The translations under genes were made by a program, and so were the position numbers. The notes under the pieces were generated by a model, which saw only the letters and a list, made by a program, of their open reading frames with translations, searched no databases and had not been told where the DNA came from. A DNA stretch of 64,000 bases from an uncultured Candidatus Saccharibacteria bacterium (GTDB taxonomy: Bacteria; Patescibacteriota; Saccharimonadia; Saccharimonadales; JAGQNK01). The stretch is from positions 11,345 to 75,344 of the forward strand of contig CAZWRS010000001.1 of assembly GCA_964636435.1 (NCBI GenBank). The letters run 5' to 3'. Below are positions 62,426 through 64,000 of this stretch, one piece after another. Position 1 is the stretch's first letter, and every line of letters starts with the position of its first letter.

Positions 62426-62839
62426 TTAAGAAATGCCTAGGTGGTGCTTGATGCGTTCTACGACGTCAGCAATCACGACCTGCGATTTGACTAAGTAATC
62501 GTCCACGCCCATCTCTTCAGCGCGCTGGCGGTCAGAGTCCTGGCTCAGTGCGGTCAGCATGATGATTTTGGCGTTGGTCGTTTCCGGTGTGTTGCGCAAA
62601 ATGTCGAGTACGTCAAAGCCACTGACTTTTGGCATCATGATATCGAGCAAAATGAGATCAGGCTTATACTCTAGTGCTGCAGCCAGGGCCTCTTCACCAT
62701 TAGGCACACGCTTGAGATCAAACCCTTCAGCATGCAAACGGGTTTTATACACGTTTGCGAGCGTATCGTCGTCTTCAACAAGGAGGATTTTTTTAGCTTT
62801 TGCGTTGGCGGCAGGAGTTGGGTTTGGTTGATCGTTCAT
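62426..62839 (-). CDS. Orphan single-domain response regulator (receiver only)
   Basis: LVEDDD, LILLDIMMPKVSGFDVLDIL, MLTAL, LVKSQ; a close paralog of the receiver at 17978. Confidence 0.9.
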   Translation of the reverse strand: MNDQPNPTPAANAKAKKILLVEDDDTLANVYKTRLHAEGFDLKRVPNGEEALAAALEYKPDLILLDIMMPKVSGFDVLDILRNTPETTNAKIIMLTALSQDSDRQRAEEMGVDDYLVKSQVVIADVVERIKHHLGIS

Positions 62840-62856
62840 ATGCTTATGCTACCCCG

Positions 62857-64000
62857 TTACTTATCTGATTGCAATACTGCCTGGACAAAACCGCGAAACA
62901 TCGGGTGCGGTCGGTTTGGCCGGGACTTGAATTCCGGATGGAACTGACTGGCCAGGAAGAACGGGTGGTCGATGCCCTCGATAATCTCGACGAGTGTACC
63001 GTCGGGACTGGTGCCAGAGGCGCGGATGCCCCACGCTTCGTACTGATCACGATACTCGTTGCTGCACTCATAACGATGGCGATGACGCTCCTGGATCTCT
63101 TTCTCGCCATATACTTTGGCTGCTAGGCTGCCCCTCTCAAGCTTACACGGATAATTGCCGAGCCGCATGGTTCCACCAGTGTTTTCTTTACCCTTTTGGC
63201 CATCCATAGTGTCAATAACCAGGTGCCTGCCGTCTGGCTGCACTTCTGCCGAGCTGGCGTCAGCAATCCCCGCAGAACGCGCTGCCGCAATCACCGCCAT
63301 CTGCAGCCCCAAGCATAGGCCGAGGTATGGCAACTTGTGCGCCAGAGCGTACTGAGCAGTTCTAATTTTACCTTCGACGCCGCGCGTTCCAAAACCGCCC
63401 GGCACCACAATACCATCTAACCCCTCCAGAGCCTTACCAACATCCGCACTCGGCTCATCGAGTGCTTCAGCGTCAATCCAACGAATGTCCAGCTTGGTAT
63501 CCTGTGACCAAGCAGCCGCTCGCAGCGCCTCGAACACCGACATGTAGGTATCGGTGTTGTCCATGTATTTGGCAACCACACCAATTGTCGCCTGCGCCGA
63601 AAAGCCATTCGTCGCCCGCTTGACGACTTCGCGCCACTCCTTCAGATGCGGCTTACTAACCTTCAATGACAGCCGTCTGCTGATAACATCGGCAATACCG
63701 GTGTCCTCCAGCGTTAATGGCACCTCATATATACTCTGTGCGTTCGGCAGTAGCGCAATAGCTTCTTGTGGTACGCCGGAAAACAAGCTGAGCTTCCTGA
63801 CAACGCTCTCTGGTGCTGCACGCTCAGAACGGGCCACCAGCACATCCGGCACGACACCATAGCCGCGCAAATCACGCACTGCGTTCTGTGCCGGTTTGGT
63901 CTTGAACTCCTGGCTTGCCCCCAAGTATGGCATATAAACAACATGCACGTAGAGCGAGTTCTCGCGCCCCACGCGAAAGCCCAGCTCACGAATGGCTTCA
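62857..64000 (-). CDS. pyrG: CTP synthase (C-terminal part; N-terminus lies beyond the window)
   Basis: GATase domain GLCLGLQ (Cys), HRHRYE and QFHPEF. The frame stays open to the window edge. Confidence 0.95.
   Translation of the reverse strand, partial: EAIRELGFRVGRENSLYVHVVYMPYLGASQEFKTKPAQNAVRDLRGYGVVPDVLVARSERAAPESVVRKLSLFSGVPQEAIALLPNAQSIYEVPLTLEDTGIADVISRRLSLKVSKPHLKEWREVVKRATNGFSAQATIGVVAKYMDNTDTYMSVFEALRAAAWSQDTKLDIRWIDAEALDEPSADVGKALEGLDGIVVPGGFGTRGVEGKIRTAQYALAHKLPYLGLCLGLQMAVIAAARSAGIADASSAEVQPDGRHLVIDTMDGQKGKENTGGTMRLGNYPCKLERGSLAAKVYGEKEIQERHRHRYECSNEYRDQYEAWGIRASGTSPDGTLVEIIEGIDHPFFLASQFHPEFKSRPNRPHPMFRGFVQAVLQSDK

Overview
This 64 kb chromosomal segment has about 68 protein genes and 2 tRNAs, with no rRNA, CRISPR array, transposase or integrase. 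From gene content and protein architecture I infer a reduced, monoderm-like CPR/Patescibacteria (Saccharibacteria-type) genome, but I could not verify this. The supporting traits are a minimal dcw cluster, receiver-only response regulators, a sigma region-4/HARE-HTH protein, DUF3048, PEGA and sortase envelope proteins, and frequent ATGA-coupled or leaderless genes. Housekeeping genes I recognise are xth, gltX, der, pth, topA, mraZ-rsmH-ftsL-ftsI-mraY-ftsW-murG-ftsQ, aroE, def, glyQS, recO, xseA/xseB, rpmA and pyrG (cut by the window end). Coding polarity flips at a 720 bp gene-free gap (29.5-30.2 kb): almost everything to its left is on the + strand and almost everything to its right is on the - strand. 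Five items seem most worth a second look. (1) That gap carries iteron-like 23-nt direct repeats, a DnaA-box-like 9-mer and a 30% GC tract. (2) A roughly 400 nt noncoding stretch between pth and topA is densely base-paired, and I cannot assign it to a known RNA family. (3) A Pif1-type SF1 helicase is paired with an acidic 345-aa protein that I tentatively liken to DUF4868/KwaB, next to NYN and VOC genes; this is a candidate defence-type locus with an undescribed architecture. (4) An ATGA-coupled operon links a histidine-less pseudo-kinase, an Asp-to-Glu pseudo-receiver and RecO. (5) A UmuD-like protein lacks the Ser/Lys self-cleavage dyad and is coupled to UmuC. All functional calls rest on motif recognition by eye, and no searches were run.
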